From assembly GCF_009914755.1 (NCBI RefSeq), contig NC_060940.1: DNA of 64,000 nt, one strand, 5' to 3'. Both the position numbers and the translations under genes were made by a program. Positions within the stretch are counted from its first letter, which is position 1. Each line of letters opens with the position of its first letter. The notes under the pieces are model-generated. The model did not search any database, was not told the origin of the DNA, and saw only the letters and a program-made list of their open reading frames with translations. Shown here piece after piece: positions 1 through 14,067 of this stretch. Source of the stretch: the human T2T-CHM13v2.0 reference genome, Homo sapiens.

Positions 1-75
1 AGAATGTTGAGCATGGAAATGGTAAGACATCCATATGGCTATGGGTGGAGCATCCCTAGCGCCCGCTACACCTGA

Positions 76-379
<304 letters not shown>

Positions 380-575
380 CGCTACACTTGATTTGGGGTG
401 TGTATCCAGTTTTCCATCAATCATGTGACATCTTCCATAATATGCCTGTATGTTGTTCATGCCATGAAAGTTGAATCTGATTGGAAGATGTGACTAATTG
501 CTTAATGTGGACTTCAGTTGGCCTCCGCAGAGCAAGCAGGCCTGCTTCATCTGGGCTATACTGCTACACTGGAAC

Positions 576-1170
576 GGTTAGGTCTTTCTTAGTTGCATGA
601 CAAAAACCCAGCTAAAATTGCCTTGAAACCAAGAAAAACAAAAGGTATTGGATCTTGGAATGAAAACGTCCGGTTGATGGTCTTCAGGAGAAGTATGATC
701 TAGGAGCTCAAATGATCTAATCGGATTTTGGGTTACCTTTCTCCCTCTCTTTATCTCTGCGTTTCTCTGGCCTGATTTTATTCACTTCTTCTTGTGATAA
801 GATAGTTTTCAGAAGCTTCAGGTTGCATCCTTTCTCCGCAGTCACCCCAGTAGAAAGATGACTCCTTTTAACAAAAAAAATTACAGTGACTTCCAAGACT
901 GAGCAGCATTGGCTCTGTCTGTCCTTCCTTGGGCCACGTGCACAAACCAGAACCTCTCACTGAGGGCAGGGTGCTGCTCTGCTCTGATCTGGCCAGCTGA
1001 GCTCACATGCCTGCCTACCCTTGGAGCTAGATTTGGGTTAAATTCCTCCTTATTCTTGCAGACAAAGTAGTAGAAGAGGAGCTAGTCCCTAAGATAAAGT
1101 GGGTACTATTGGATAGAAAAATAAGAGAGAGTAGATGTTGGGCAAGGAAATACAAGAGGTATTCACAACA
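576..1170 (-). mobile_element. MaLR solo LTR, MLT1J/K-like
   Basis: Starts ggttaggtctttcttagttgcatgacaaaaacccagc, has internal ctctgatctggccagctgagctcacatgcc, ends gtagatgttgggcaaggaaatacaagaggtattcacaaca. Resembles the reverse of old MLT1 LTRs. Confidence 0.65.
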
Positions 1171-1198
1171 ACAACAAAACAACAACAACAACAACAAC
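1164..1198 (+). repeat. (AAC)n microsatellite
   Basis: cacaacaacaacaaaacaacaacaacaacaacaac. Confidence 0.9.
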
Positions 1199-2052
1199 TC
1201 TGAAAAGATGCTCAGATGCTTGGAGGCCTGGAAGCTGAGGCCTATTTCAAGGGCCTATTATGAAATTAGCACATCCATTAAATCAGCTTCCATGGTTCCA
1301 AATTCCCAGTCATGACAACCATCCCCCTTCCTGAGCCAGACCTACCGCTTCCTTTCAGAACTGCTGACACTAATGATGGATGAGGGTGTCAGGGTTTCCA
1401 AGACACTGGATTTCCATTGACTGCTATAACCTTGAGCTACAGGCTTTATTGGCAGTATTTAACGCAAATCTGTTTTCCATCCTTGTCAGATCCCACTTCA
1501 ATATGCGCCACAGGAGGAGAAGTCGAATGTGAAATTGATTTCTTTAATGGGGAGTGCTCTGCAGCAGATAGCAACACTTCCGGAGATGCATTAGCTGGAT
1601 TACAACTGAATCTTTTCTTGCTCGCTCTGAGGGACTCTCTCCTTTGCCAGAAGGATGTGACTCTGAGCTCATCGTTTGCCTAATTGTTTCTTAGACTGGA
1701 GAACAAGAAAGTCGGGGCTCTCCCCTCCGGCCCCTAGGTCAGAAGCAGGGACTTCCCATCGCCAGACTTGCTAGAGAAGATTGAAATTTAGGAATTAGTG
1801 TCTTATGATTGCTAAGGGTGATGGTGTCTAAATGTTTCTTAGCAACATTTAGACACAATCAATAAGCAATCAGTGGTTGAAATCATGTGAATGAACACTT
1901 AGAAATCTGAGGACTGGTATTCTTGATTCTTAGTGGGATTTTAGGGATTCTTCATGCTGTAAGTTGAGATTTCAGGGTGGTTTTTCTAGAATGTAGTGAG
2001 ATTCTGCTTATGTCTGTTTAGCAAGGACCCACGCTGTTTTCGTGTATAGCAA

Positions 2053-2677
2053 CATTAGTAATGGTCATTTTTTGGCTTTTATTGTGTGCTACACTCCCTG
2101 CATGATATTTTTTGGTTCTCTGCCCCTACCCAAATCTCATCTTGAATTGTAATAATCCCCACATGTCATGGGAGGGGCTCGGTAGGAGGTAATTGAATCA
2201 TTGGGGTGGGGTTTTCCTGTGCTGTTCTCTGATAGTGAGTAAGTCTCATGAGATCTGAAGGTTTTATCAGGGGAATTCCCCTATACATGCTCTCTCTCTC
2301 TCTCTCTTGCCTGCTGCCATGTAAGATGTGCCTTTCGCCTTCCACCATGATTGTGAGGCCTCCCCAGCCATGTGGAACTGTGAGTCCATTCAACCTCTTT
2401 CTTTTATAAATTACCCAGTCTTGGGTGTGTCTTCGTTAGCAGCATGAGAACAGATACACTGTTTTAATACACTGCATTATCTCACTTAGACCTCACCACA
2501 ACCCCATGAGATGAATCCTATTATTATATTATTATTCCCTCTATACTGAGGAAGGCATGGGGATTCATGGAGGTTACACAATTTGCCCCAAGTCACACAA
2601 ATAATATGGTAAGTAGCAGAGCCTGTATTTATACCTTTGTCCGACTCTAAATGTTGTCCTCTTAGCCACCACTATGT
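2053..2677 (-). mobile_element. MIR SINE interrupted by a THE1 LTR
   Basis: cctcaccacaaccccatgag...ggaggttacacaatttgccccaagtcacaca...agtagcagagcc matches the MIR core in reverse. Split by the element at 2103-2459. Confidence 0.7.
2103..2459 (+). mobile_element. THE1 (MaLR) solo LTR
   Basis: tgata...cccaaatctcatcttgaattgtaataatccccacatgtcatgggagg...ccaccatgattgtgaggcctccccagccatgtggaactgtgagtcc...aaattacccagtcttggg. Confidence 0.92.
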
Positions 2678-3640
2678 ATTTCCTTCCATAGGGAGGCATC
2701 ACACACCCATCAAGGATGGATTTGTTATCATCTCCTAGGGTAAGGACCCAGATGACTTTACCTTGTTAGGTCTTGGAATGTGACATAGAGACAGAATAAA
2801 AATTGGAGGGTTCTGGCCAGTGCATGTCATCTTAGCCACACCTACTACATTAGCTCATGGAGAAGGACCATCTTTATTTCCTAGAGGTATTGATGACATG
2901 AATGTGTTTGCAAGGAAGGGAAATTTAGACCAGGGCTCTTGTCTTGCTGGGACATCAGGTACACTTTTTGGCTGGAGAGAAACCTAATGGCTTTTCCATC
3001 ATGGAATCTATGATCTATCTTATCTTCAGTCTTCCAAGATCTGACCTCTCTGGGGAAATTGAGCCAGCTTAACCTAACTGCATGACCAAACATGGTTTAT
3101 TCTTTTTGAATCTCAGGATATTCATTTGCATAATAGGGTCAATATTGTTAAATATGTAGAATAACGTGTTAAGGTTAGATGGAGTAATGTACAGTAAGGA
3201 TTCAAGAGATGTCAGTTACTACTATTTTGTTTTATTTTGCTTGGTTTCCATTTTTGCATCTCTCAAATGAAGAAGGCGGATCAGCTCCATTTCTGAGCCA
3301 TGATTGGGTCATTTGAAAATGGATGGGGCTGGCTGGGAAGGGAATGAGACAGGTAACTGAGATCTATGGGCAAGCTCTGAGGGGTCAGAAACAGCTTCAA
3401 GAAGGGAAGCAAGTTCAGTCTAGCTGGTAGCACTTGGTGATGTGAGGATCTGCCTACAGATAAGAAGTGGTAATTGAGGTTGGCTGTGGGCACTCAGAAA
3501 GCCCAATAAGAAGTGATGGGGTAACGTTTCAGGCTTGCAGACTACAGTGAGCCTGTCACCGGGTATTAGGAACTGAACCAGATACTGTTCAGAGGCTGAG
3601 TTCTATAGACTGGGTATATATAAGGTTGCGGATAGGAGAT

Positions 3641-4146
3641 GATATTCCAGTTACTCTTGCTGTGTAACAAACCAGTACGAAACCTAGTGGCTTGAAATGA
3701 CTATTTTTTTAGGCTTACATATTCTGTGGGTCAGGCATTTAGGAGGGCGTCTCTGCTTCCTGGTGGCTGGGACTTCAGCTGGGCAAACTTAAAGGCTAGG
3801 GGTAACTCAATGATGGGAAGCAGGAACCCTTGGAGAGATCTTTACTTACATGTTTTGTGGTGTTGCTGGCTTTTCTCTGGGACCTCAGCTGCCAGGTAGA
3901 ACACTTACATGTGGTATCACCATTTGGTCTCTGTGTCGAGACTGAGTGTCCCATGAGAACAACACAGAAATGGATGGCATTTCTATTATTGAATCTCAAA
4001 GCCACATAGCATCACGTACTCTAGGTTCAAGGGGAGGAAACGTAAGCCCCAGCCCTCAAATGAAAGGGATGTTAAAATGATGTTGTAAGAAAGCTGTGGG
4101 ATGGGAGATTTGTTGCCTCCATCTTTGGGGACTCTAGTCTGCCACA
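3641..4146 (-). mobile_element. MaLR solo LTR, MLT1G/H-like
   Basis: ttactcttgctgtgtaacaaacc...aacctagtggcttgaaa...attctgtgggtcaggcatttagg..., ends ccatctttggggactctagtctgccaca. Confidence 0.75.
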
Positions 4147-4174
4147 AGTGGTGCAGTCTTATGAAATTATTATG

Positions 4175-4440
4175 ATAGTGTTATTGTTAGTAGCACAGGC
4201 TATAGAGTCAGACTGCCTGGCTTCACATTGCGACTTCACCACTTACTAGCTGAGTGATGTTGGGTGAGTCATTTAAACTCTGTGCCTTTGCTTCTTCATC
4301 TATGAAATGGGACTACTAGTTGTACCTATCTTATTGGATTATTATGAAGATTACATGAACTCATAGCAGGTACTCAGAACAGAGCCTGGCACACTGTAAA
4401 TCCCAACTCAAGGCAAGGGTTTACTATTATTATCATCATC
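4175..4440 (+). mobile_element. MIR SINE
   Basis: agagtcagactgcctgg...ccacttactagctgagtgatgttgggtgagtcatttaaactctgtgcctttgcttcttcatctatgaaatggg. Confidence 0.85.
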
Positions 4441-5169
4441 ACTAAGTAGGTTCTCAAGACAGAGACTCAGGCTAAGGGAACAAGCAAGGAATTTAGTGGC
4501 CAAAATGAAGGAACAAAGTTCAGGCCAACCTGTTAGAAAATCTGACCTCAAAAGAATGTGAGATGAGAGATGATGAGTTGCTTCTCTTTGGGGTCAGAGC
4601 TGATCCCAGAGAGAGGGCCTGTGTTTTAGGGGCAGGCATGCGGCAAGCTGAAGTGGCCCCTGCAGGAGTGAGGAGGGCCCCAGGCACAGCAAGAGTAGAG
4701 GAGCTGATTCTGTCACTTCCAAAACATTATGACCCCGAACACACTTTCTTTCACTTTTTTCAATTTAATCTCCTCTGTGTCTCATTGAGCCTCATCTTAC
4801 TTGCCAGGTAAAAGGCCTGGAACTAAGCCATGTTAAGTCAACAGTGAGTGACAGAGGACAGCAGCCTACGCCATTGTGACAAAGCCTTGTTCAAATATGT
4901 TGAGAGAATGGATGAGTTGAAACGGAAGAGAGAGCTCACAAGATTGGGCTCCACTGCCTGGTATCCGTCTTTGATTGCAGGTGACAGAAACCTAGTCCCA
5001 ACCAGCATACACTAAAAAGGAAATTTATTTGCTCACTTAACTGAAAAGTCCTGGGGGAGATAGCCTCAGCTGTGTCCACATTCCTCAAAGATGTTGTGAG
5101 GAATTCTGTCTCTATCTTTCAGAGCCATTACCCGCCCTCCTTTTCCAGGAAATAAATCTATTCCCTTCT

Positions 5170-5742
5170 TAACTCATCCATAAGATACTTAGTAGGGGCC
5201 CCTATGCACTGGGCATGTTTCAGAAACCAGGGATATAGCAGTGAACAAGACAGCAAAGTCCTTGACCTCACGGAACTTATTTCCAGAGGGAGAAGATAGA
5301 ATAAATAAGTAGACAAATGAAAGCAGATGTATAATTTTAGTTGATAGTATAATAAAGAGAATAGATTTGGGTAAGGGAATACAGAGTGAGAGCAAAGAAG
5401 TAATCACAGAAAATCTGTTTGAGCTGTTAATGTGTGTGAAGGCGCAGGTGGAGGGAGGCAGCCCACCGTGTGTGGATGTGGGGAATGGTGTGCAAGGCAG
5501 AAGGAAGAGTGCCTGAAAAGACCAGAGGCAGGGATGATTTTGCTGTGTTTGAATAAATAAAAGGAGACTAGGATGGCTGGGGCTTAGTGATCAAAGAGAA
5601 AAGTCATGTGAGAACTGCGAGAAGCCGATGAAGGATGGTGCTGGGATTATGGCCATGATAAAGAGTCTAGATTTTATTTTAAGCCTAATGGGAAGCTGTT
5701 GGAGATTTTAAAGTAAGGGAATGATGTGATCGTATTTGCCTT
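5170..5742 (-). mobile_element. L2 LINE 3' fragment
   Basis: ggggcccctatgcactgggcatgtttcagaaaccagggatatagcagtgaacaagacagcaaagtccttgacctcacggaactta...aatgggaagctgttggagattttaaagtaagggaatgatgtgatc. Confidence 0.8.
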
Positions 5743-5790
5743 CACTCAAAGCTGACATGCTTCCCAGTTAGCAGCTTCTGTGGACAAAGT

Positions 5791-5990
5791 CCCAGGAAGG
5801 GATCCCACTGGTCAGCCTTAAGCCACATTCAAATTTGTGGACCAGGAAGGGATCCCGTTGGTCAGCCTTGTGTCACATGCAAATTCATGGGCCAGAGATG
5901 GATACCATTGGTCAGCCTTGGGTCACATGCAAATTCATGGACCAGGGAGGGTTCCCATTGGCCAGCTTTGAGCCACATGCAAATTCATGG
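5791..5990 (+). repeat. Tandem repeat, 4 x 50 bp
   Basis: Units start at 5791, 5841, 5891 and 5941. Approximate consensus accaggaagggatcccattggtcagccttgrgycacatgcaaattcatgg. Confidence 0.93.
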
Positions 5991-6871
5991 GCCAATCACT
6001 GTGGCCATGGTGTTGTGGTATTTTGAATGACCCAGTTGGGGTCATATACCTATGTTTAGAGCCTGGAAATGGGGGCAGCCCCACCCCTTCCACTGAGCAT
6101 GAAATGGTAATTTTTCAAATGAAAATTGTGGGGTCCACTTAACAAACAAGGTGATGGGCATTGGACAGGTGAAAATAATATGTGTCCTCTGTGCCTCATC
6201 TGCAATAATATCCCTGAACTGTGAACATCCCATCCCCGTTTAGGATATCCAGGGACACCCCGGGATGTCCAGGGAAGTCCTTTCTCTACCTTGCCTTCTT
6301 CACTACTTATCAGGCCAGCCAGTAGAGGATTGCTTGGGTGGTGAAGCATTTCTTCCAGGTTTTAAACCAGGGCGATTTCTACCTGTGTGGTCCTTGTACT
6401 AATGCATGTCAGGTGAGCCCAAATATTATTCCCTGTAGTCCTTTTGAACAGAACAGGAGCATCTCCCTCAAGTCGCTATTTTCTTACCCTGAATAACCTC
6501 AGTTCACTCCTTTCTCTGCTCAGGACATGGTTCCATTGCCATTTTAGTGGCTTTCCTTGGAGTGCTTTGAACTTCATCAGATTTCCAGATGCTGTGTTCT
6601 GTGAAGGGGGCAGGGAGGGTGTTTCCTAGTTTACAGGAGCAATTTCTTAGTTTAAGCCTGATTTGGCTGCAATAAAACAGTCTAGTATGCAAATGAAGTT
6701 GCTCCCAGATATAGGCAAAGAAGTCACTAGTCAATAAATCATTGATGTTGTGGGAGGCAAGGTGAGCATAAAAGCAGATCCGAAAGCAGAGTGGGAAGTT
6801 GCTAGGAGGAAAATATCCCCCGGCCCCTCTGGGATTTCTGTAATACTGTGGCGTCCTGTGGTGTAGGCCTC

Positions 6872-7187
<316 letters not shown>

Positions 7188-7286
7188 GGCCTCTTTTTAT
7201 TTGTAAGAGTCAAGTTGGTAGGAAAATTCCTTCTCATATCATTCCATATTTACCTCCACTATGGAATGCGTTATGTTTAGCAATTA

Positions 7287-7832
7287 TGTATTCATTCAGC
7301 AAACACTTATTGAGCACTTACTGCATATCAGGCACTGGACAATAGTGATGGGGAGATGAGCGAATAAAAATCCTGGTTTTAGTTTGGTGTGGGAGACAGA
7401 TGAGAAAAATGGTAATGGCAAGGAAGTGTGATGAGAGTTACAACAAGAGTATGTGTTAGTGGGGTCCCTCTAGGAACTGCCTGGAACCAGGGCTGAGAGG
7501 GAAGGGTAGATGGGTGAGGCAGGATGTGTGTGTGTGTGTGTGCTCACAAGTGTGTGCGTGTGTGTGGCAGTTCTGGACCATGGTAACCATGCCTACAAAG
7601 GCCCTAAGACTTGGGAGAACAAGGTGATGTGAGTTAATGTATGACCAGGTAGAGGGATAAATGGGATATGGCAGGATATAAAGCTTGCTCGGTAGACAAG
7701 GATCAGACAATGTAGGTCTGGGGACGACATATGAGGACGATGGAGAATGATTGAATGTTTTGGTCATGGGCAGTGATGTGATCAGAGTTGTTTTAGAAAG
7801 ATCACTCTGATAGATTTGTGGAGGGTGAATGG
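7287..7832 (-). mobile_element. L2 fragments with a short (TG)n at ~7525-7566
   Basis: ttcattcagcaaacacttattgagcacttactgcatatcaggcactgg...gtgatgtgatcagagttgttttagaaagatcactctg. Confidence 0.7.
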
Positions 7833-7920
7833 ATGCTGGGCTGGTCACAGGAGAGTTGTCAGGGGCTCGATAAGCAGGCAGTGGACCAGAGAAGGAATGG
7901 AAACTGGAGCCGAGACTGTG

Positions 7921-8303
7921 GCTGTCTCGGTTGTCTGGGCTGCTGTAACTGGATGCTGTGGACTGGGCGCCTTCACCAGCAAGGATTTATGTCTCATGTT
8001 CTGGAGGCAGGAAGTCCTAGGTCAAGACCCTGGAAGATTTGAGACCTGGTGAGAGCCTGCTTCCTGGTTTGCAGATGGCTGCTTCTTGCTGTATACTCAC
8101 ACAGCAGAGGGAAAGAGGGAAAGAGAGAGAGAGAGAGAGAGATCATCTTCCTTGTGTCTCTTCTTATAAGGGCATAGATTTCATTCCTGAGGGCCCCCAT
8201 GACCTAATCACTTCCCCAAAGCCTCATCTTCTGACAACACTATATTGGGAATTAGGCTTCAATATCTGAATTTCAAGGGGACACAAATATTCAGTCTGTA
8301 ACA
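7921..8303 (-). mobile_element. MLT1A-like solo LTR
   Basis: gggctgctgtaac...ttctggaggcaggaagtcc...cttcctggtttgcagatggctgc...tcttcttataagggc...ggggacacaaatattcagtctgtaaca. Confidence 0.85.
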
Positions 8304-8711
8304 GTGGACAAGGGGACAGAAGGCTGGGGATGGAGGAGACTGGTGGGAGATGGGGGGAACTAATGTCCACGGCCCTGGTGAGAGACTGGTTTTGGGAATG
8401 GGAGGTGCTGGGCTAGGCTCCACATCATGTCCCTCTGGACCCCACCCTTGACCAACAGAATCTCAGTCTCTTCTTAAAGATTCTCCTGGGATTTAAAGCC
8501 ATGTCCCCTGACTCCAGCTCTGTTGTTTGTTACTTCTACCACAAACATGACTATGAAAGTACTGAAGGATGCTGGGATTGTCTGGGAACAGGTGGAGTGA
8601 TGTGTCTTGGGTGATTCAACAGAGCCAAGTCAAAAATAATAGTACAGGGTTCTAAGAGCCTTCAACCCTCATTTTGCTTAACCTTTAGGCTTCCTTAAAT
8701 ATTAACCTAGA

Positions 8712-9547
8712 GGGCAAAGGACTGAACAGACACTTCTCAAAAGAAGACATACAGGCAGGTAACAAACATATGAAAAAATGGTCTTCATTATAAATCATCA
8801 GAGAAATGCAAATCAAAAGCGCAATGAGATACCGTGTCACACCAGTCAGAATGGCTTTTGTTAAAAAGTTAAAAAATAACAGATGTTGGCAGGGCTGTGG
8901 AGAAAAGGCAACATTTATACACTGCTGGTGGGAATGTTAAGTATTTCAGCCACTGTGGAGAGGGGAGATTTCTCAAAGAACTGAGTTGAATTATTATTCA
9001 ACCCAGCAATCCCATTACTGGGCACCTGCCCAAAGGACAATAAATCATTGCACCAAAAAAAGCACGTGCACCCGTATGTTCATTGCAGCGCTACTCACAA
9101 TAGCAAAGACATGGAATTAACCAAGCTGTGGAATTAATCCACAGTGGATTGGATAAAGAAAATGTGGTACATATACACCATAGAATACTACACAGCTGTA
9201 AAACAAGAACAAAATCATGTCCTTTGCAGCAACAGGGATGCAGCTGGAGGCCGTTATCTTAAGTGAATTAACACAGAAACAGAAAAGCAAATACCACATG
9301 TTCTCACTTATCAGTGGGAGCTTAACATTGGGTGCTTACGGAGTAAAGATGGGAACAGTAGACACTGAGGAATACAAGATGGGGGAGGGTGGAAGGGAAC
9401 ACGGGTTGAAAAACTGCCTACTGGGTACTGTGTTCACTTGCTGAGTGATGGGTTCAATTGTACTCCAAACCCCAGCATTATGTAATATACCTTTGTAGCA
9501 CACCTGCACATGTGCCCCCAGAGTCTAAAATAAAAGTTGAAAAAAAT
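8712..9547 (+). mobile_element. L1 3' end (L1PB / old L1PA type), 5'-truncated
   Basis: ORF2 C-terminal sequence aacagacacttctcaaaagaagacatac...cccagcaatcccattactggg...ggataaagaaaatgtggtacatatacacca. 3' UTR ends taaaataaaagttgaaaaaaa. Confidence 0.92.
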
Positions 9548-9553
9548 ACTGGG

Positions 9554-9855
9554 GGCCAGGCACAGTAGCTCACGTGTGTAATCCCAGCACTTTGGAAGGC
9601 CAAGGCAGGAGCTCACTTGAGCTCAGGAGTTCGAGACCAGTCTGGGCAACACGGTAAAGCCCCATCTCCACAAAAAATACACAGATTAGCCAGGCATGGT
9701 GGTAAGCCTGTAGTCCTAGCTGCTTGGGAGGCTGAGGAGGGAGGATCACTTGAGCTCAAGAGGTCGAGGCTGCAGTGAGCCAGGATTGTGCTGCTGCACT
9801 CCAGCCTGGGCAACAAAGTGAGATCCTGTCCCCCCACAAAAATGATAATATAAAA
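9554..9855 (+). mobile_element. AluJ
   Basis: ggccaggcacagtagctcac...ggaggatcacttgagctcaagaggtcgaggctgcagtgagc (J diagnostics). Confidence 0.92.
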
Positions 9856-10805
9856 TTGGCCCAAAGGGGCACTTTGGACACAGACGGGCTGGCTACATGT
9901 GGTTCCGGTCCCAGAGGGGATCCTTTGCTGGCTGCGTGATCATTGGCAAGTCACCCAGTTCCTCTGAGCTCTGGCCTCTTTACAGAACTGTGATAAGGAT
10001 TGAACTGGATAACACATGGGGAGTGTGTGTGGTGGTAGGGGGGCAGTAGAACCCACCCACAGCTTCCTCTCTCTCCCCCTTCTTCTCTCCCCCTCGTTCT
10101 GCCGTTCTGCCTGGGGGAGGTGCTGGATTGTGTTCCTGGCAGGGCTGCCTCACTGAAAAGACTCTGGCTGATGAGATGTTCTTTAGAGCAAGGTTTCAAA
10201 TCTTTTTTTAGTTTATGTTCAGGTGCTTTGCTTTCCCCCCGCCCCCTTTCTCATTTTAGCAGATGAGGACTCTCGCTATGTGTGACAGCTGATATTCTGA
10301 AAATGACAAGGTGCCTCATTTGGGACAGAATGTGCTTGGGGATTTTTATGTGTGTGTGCACTGCGTTCATCTGAGTAGATCCGCGCAGGCGAGCCCTGGC
10401 AGTGGGTCACAGTGAGCCGCCTGGGACTCAGACAGCTTCAAGCTCCAACTGAGGGAAAGGAGGAATTCACCCCGGCCTCTGTCCCATGGAGAGCTGCAGA
10501 ATCTTTCTTGCTCGATGTCTTCTCACTGTCCCTGGATTTTGCTTAGCTTCTATCAAACTAACAACCTCTTGACTCACCACCTGTGTCCAATCTCTCACCC
10601 TCAAACTCACCTTGCTTGCAAACTGAAAATGACTTTAGTAGTGCTAATGGCACTCACATAGTTAATACTTATTTTATGTGCCTGGCAGGATCCTGAGCTC
10701 CTTGCATGTCATCTACTCATTTATTAACAGCAAGTCTTTGTGAGACCAATCTGATCATTTTCCTCCCTTTCTGCAGAAATATGACTGCCTTCCCATACAC
10801 TGGAT

Positions 10806-11357
10806 CAAGATTTCCCAAACTTTCCCTTCTTGCAGATCAGCTTCATGGTTTTACGATGTAAGGACATCACTGTGGATGATCTTCATGACTGCTGTCATAT
10901 AGTATACCACGTATGCCATATGTATGCAAGCTTTTCCTGTAAATTAACTCACTTTGGGAAATATTTATGTAGATTAAAATACAATAAATTATAGCTTTCA
11001 TTCAAATGCACACTGCCCTTTGCCATCTCTATAAGGTCACCGGAAGCATGAATATGATGAAAACAGAACAAAACCAAACAGTGTTATTAAATCCTCTCTG
11101 GGAGCTGTTGACAAGGCACTCTGCCTGAGGCTTGCTCTCTTTGTGCTAAAAATGGGGCATGAATAAGAGAGGGAGATGTTGAAGATAGAGCAACACCAAA
11201 CCAAGACTTTCTCCTTGGTGCAAAAACAAGACTTACGTGAGAATTTATAAGGGAATACTTTTTTCATGTAACTCAATGCTCTTTAGTGCTGTTTTCATCT
11301 GCCTCCTAAAATGCTCTCCTATTCGCTAACAGCAGCGTCTTATTTTGAGAAATACTG
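10806..11357. mobile_element. hAT-Charlie DNA transposon relic, MER113-like
   Basis: Termini caagatttcccaaact and ttttgagaaatactg. Internal gtgttattaaat...gcctgaggcttgctctctttg...caccaaaccaagactttctccttg. Confidence 0.65.
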
Positions 11358-11699
11358 GTGGACAAGATGGACCCTAACTTGTTTCACTGTCTAGATGTCT
11401 TTCACACCGTGGCACAGTTACTTTTTCTACCAACTGCAAGCTCACCTTTCTTCCTTGATGTCTTTCTCTTTCCAATCTCTCTGTTTTTGCATCTGCTGTT
11501 CTCCATGACTGAAAGATCCTGTCCTTAACTGCAAATGGCACACGTCCATGCATTTATTTCAGATGTTACTCCAGTGTTGTCTTCTGTATAAAGTCTTCCT
11601 CAAACCCCAAAGCACAGTCAGTCAACCTCTCCTCTGTTGACAATATAAATGTTCCCCCCATATCAGTTGGTGCTGTATACTGAAGGTTTCTGAGGGAGA

Positions 11700-12467
<768 letters not shown>

Positions 12468-13038
12468 GTTTAACTGGTCTTCATTCCTTACTGGATTTTG
12501 TGTAATTTTAAGATAGGTGTGTAACGTTTATCTTGGTAATCTTGTCATTCAAATAGGGTACGTGGTAGTATTTATTATTAGTTACCTACAAAACAGCTTA
12601 TATTTATTCAAACTCTATGTTCTTCTGTTTCCCGAGCTTGGATCCTTAATCCCTATTGTTATTAATGTCATTAATGAAAGTGGAATGAATGAAAAAATGA
12701 ATGAATAACTTACCAACAGGAGGATTTGCAAAAAATGCTTTTTATGCCACCTTTAACAACTTTATTAGAATTTATATTATAATGAAAAAAGTGAGTCTCT
12801 GTTGTTTGTTCTGTATTTATTTTGTTTTTGATTTATTTTTATTTTTTGCTTTTTGTATCCTAACCCATAAGAATTTACATTCTTGAGCTTTCAGGGAGGC
12901 ATTTAAGGGAGACAGTCAGGGTGTTATTTGGATCCTCACATGTGCCAGGCGTGTTAGGAGTGCGGGTTAATGCAATACAACAACATTGGGATGTAGCTGT
13001 TATTGCTCCCTTATTACCCGAGGAATGATAGACTTGGG

Positions 13039-13242
13039 TAAACTTGATAAAGAAGCAGAGAGCTGTTGAGGCTGCAGGGCAATGGTAAAACATACACACT
13101 GGCTGGATAGATTGCTGGAATCTATAGCATCTTACCCCCAAACTCCCGGCACTGTAACATGGGACCTCAGGGAGTGACATGGGACCTCAGGGAGAACTAG
13201 GGATTTTTTTCTCCCACTATACCCTGCAAAATAAAGAGAGTT
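13039..13242 (+). repeat. Local direct duplication, copy 1 (contains a 20-bp tandem duplication at 13154-13193)
   Basis: cttgataaagaagcagagagctgttgaggctgcagggcaa...ctcccactataccctgcaaaata, also present at 15427-15610. Confidence 0.92.
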
Positions 13243-13768
13243 GAAGATTTTAATGTAGTCCTAGATTACATGATTACATTACTCTAGATGCCATGTTCTT
13301 CCTACTCTGTTACTCAGCACCTGCTTGAGAAGCCGCCATGATACTCTGCTACTGACATTGATCTTTTATTCTGGAAAGTCAAGACCATGGAACCCCTTGG
13401 CGCATCCTTGGAGAGAAGAGTTGAGTAATGACCTGTGTGGTATTAGGGGAGGATCTCTGGCTTCCCTGAGCTCATATGCATGGAATCCTCCTTAGCTAGT
13501 AGTTACTCTCTCATCTCCTCTGCAGTTTCCTGGTGAAGTTACCTGTGACAAATTTCTCCCTTGCCCCTGAGTACTTTTCTCTGTTTCTGCCCTAAGACTT
13601 AGTAGCTGTGGTCCATGGGGTCCCAGGGCCATGTAAAAATGTCTGAGAATGGCTCTCAGCATCTGCAGAAACTTAACCAGTCTCATGAGGGCTGGCAGTG
13701 CAATATCCCACGTCCAGCTCCAGGGAGTACTAGAAAATCTTCAGCAACCATTCTTAAAATGCTCTTTC

Positions 13769-14067
13769 AGACTGGGAGTGGTGGCTTACGCCTATATTCC
13801 CAGCACTTTGGGAGGCTGAGGTGGGTGGATCACTGGAGGTCAGGAGTTCAAGACCAGCCTGGCCAACATGGAGAAACCCCGTCTCTACCAAAAATGCAAA
13901 AATTAGCCAGGCGTGGTGGCTGGTGCACATCTGTAATCCCAGCTACTCAGGAGGCTGAGGAGGAGAATCGGTTGAACCCAGGAGGCAGAGGTTGCAATGA
14001 GCCGAGATCGTGCCACTGCACTCCATCCTGGGTGACAGAGCGAGACTCTGTGTCAGAAGAAAAAAAA
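13769..14067 (+). mobile_element. AluSx-like
   Basis: Full dimer. TSD aaaatgctct(t/c)tca. Confidence 0.95.

Larger units (their letters stand above)
4962..6150 (-). mobile_element. MLT1J/K-like LTR, with L2 sequence intervening and a 50-bp tandem array inside
   Basis: gattgcaggtgacagaaacctagtcc...aaaaggaaatttatttgctcacttaactgaaaagtcc at 4970-5051. Distal part gccaatcactgtggcca...ggggtcat at about 5990-6050. Confidence 0.55.

Noticed and set aside
5791-5990. CRISPR-like regular periodicity
   Set aside because: The whole 50-bp unit repeats with no unique spacers, there are no cas genes, and the context is primate.
9117-9444. ORFs resembling L1 ORF2 C-terminus (also 42370-42619)
   Set aside because: Truncated, degenerate L1 3' ends that cannot encode a functional protein.
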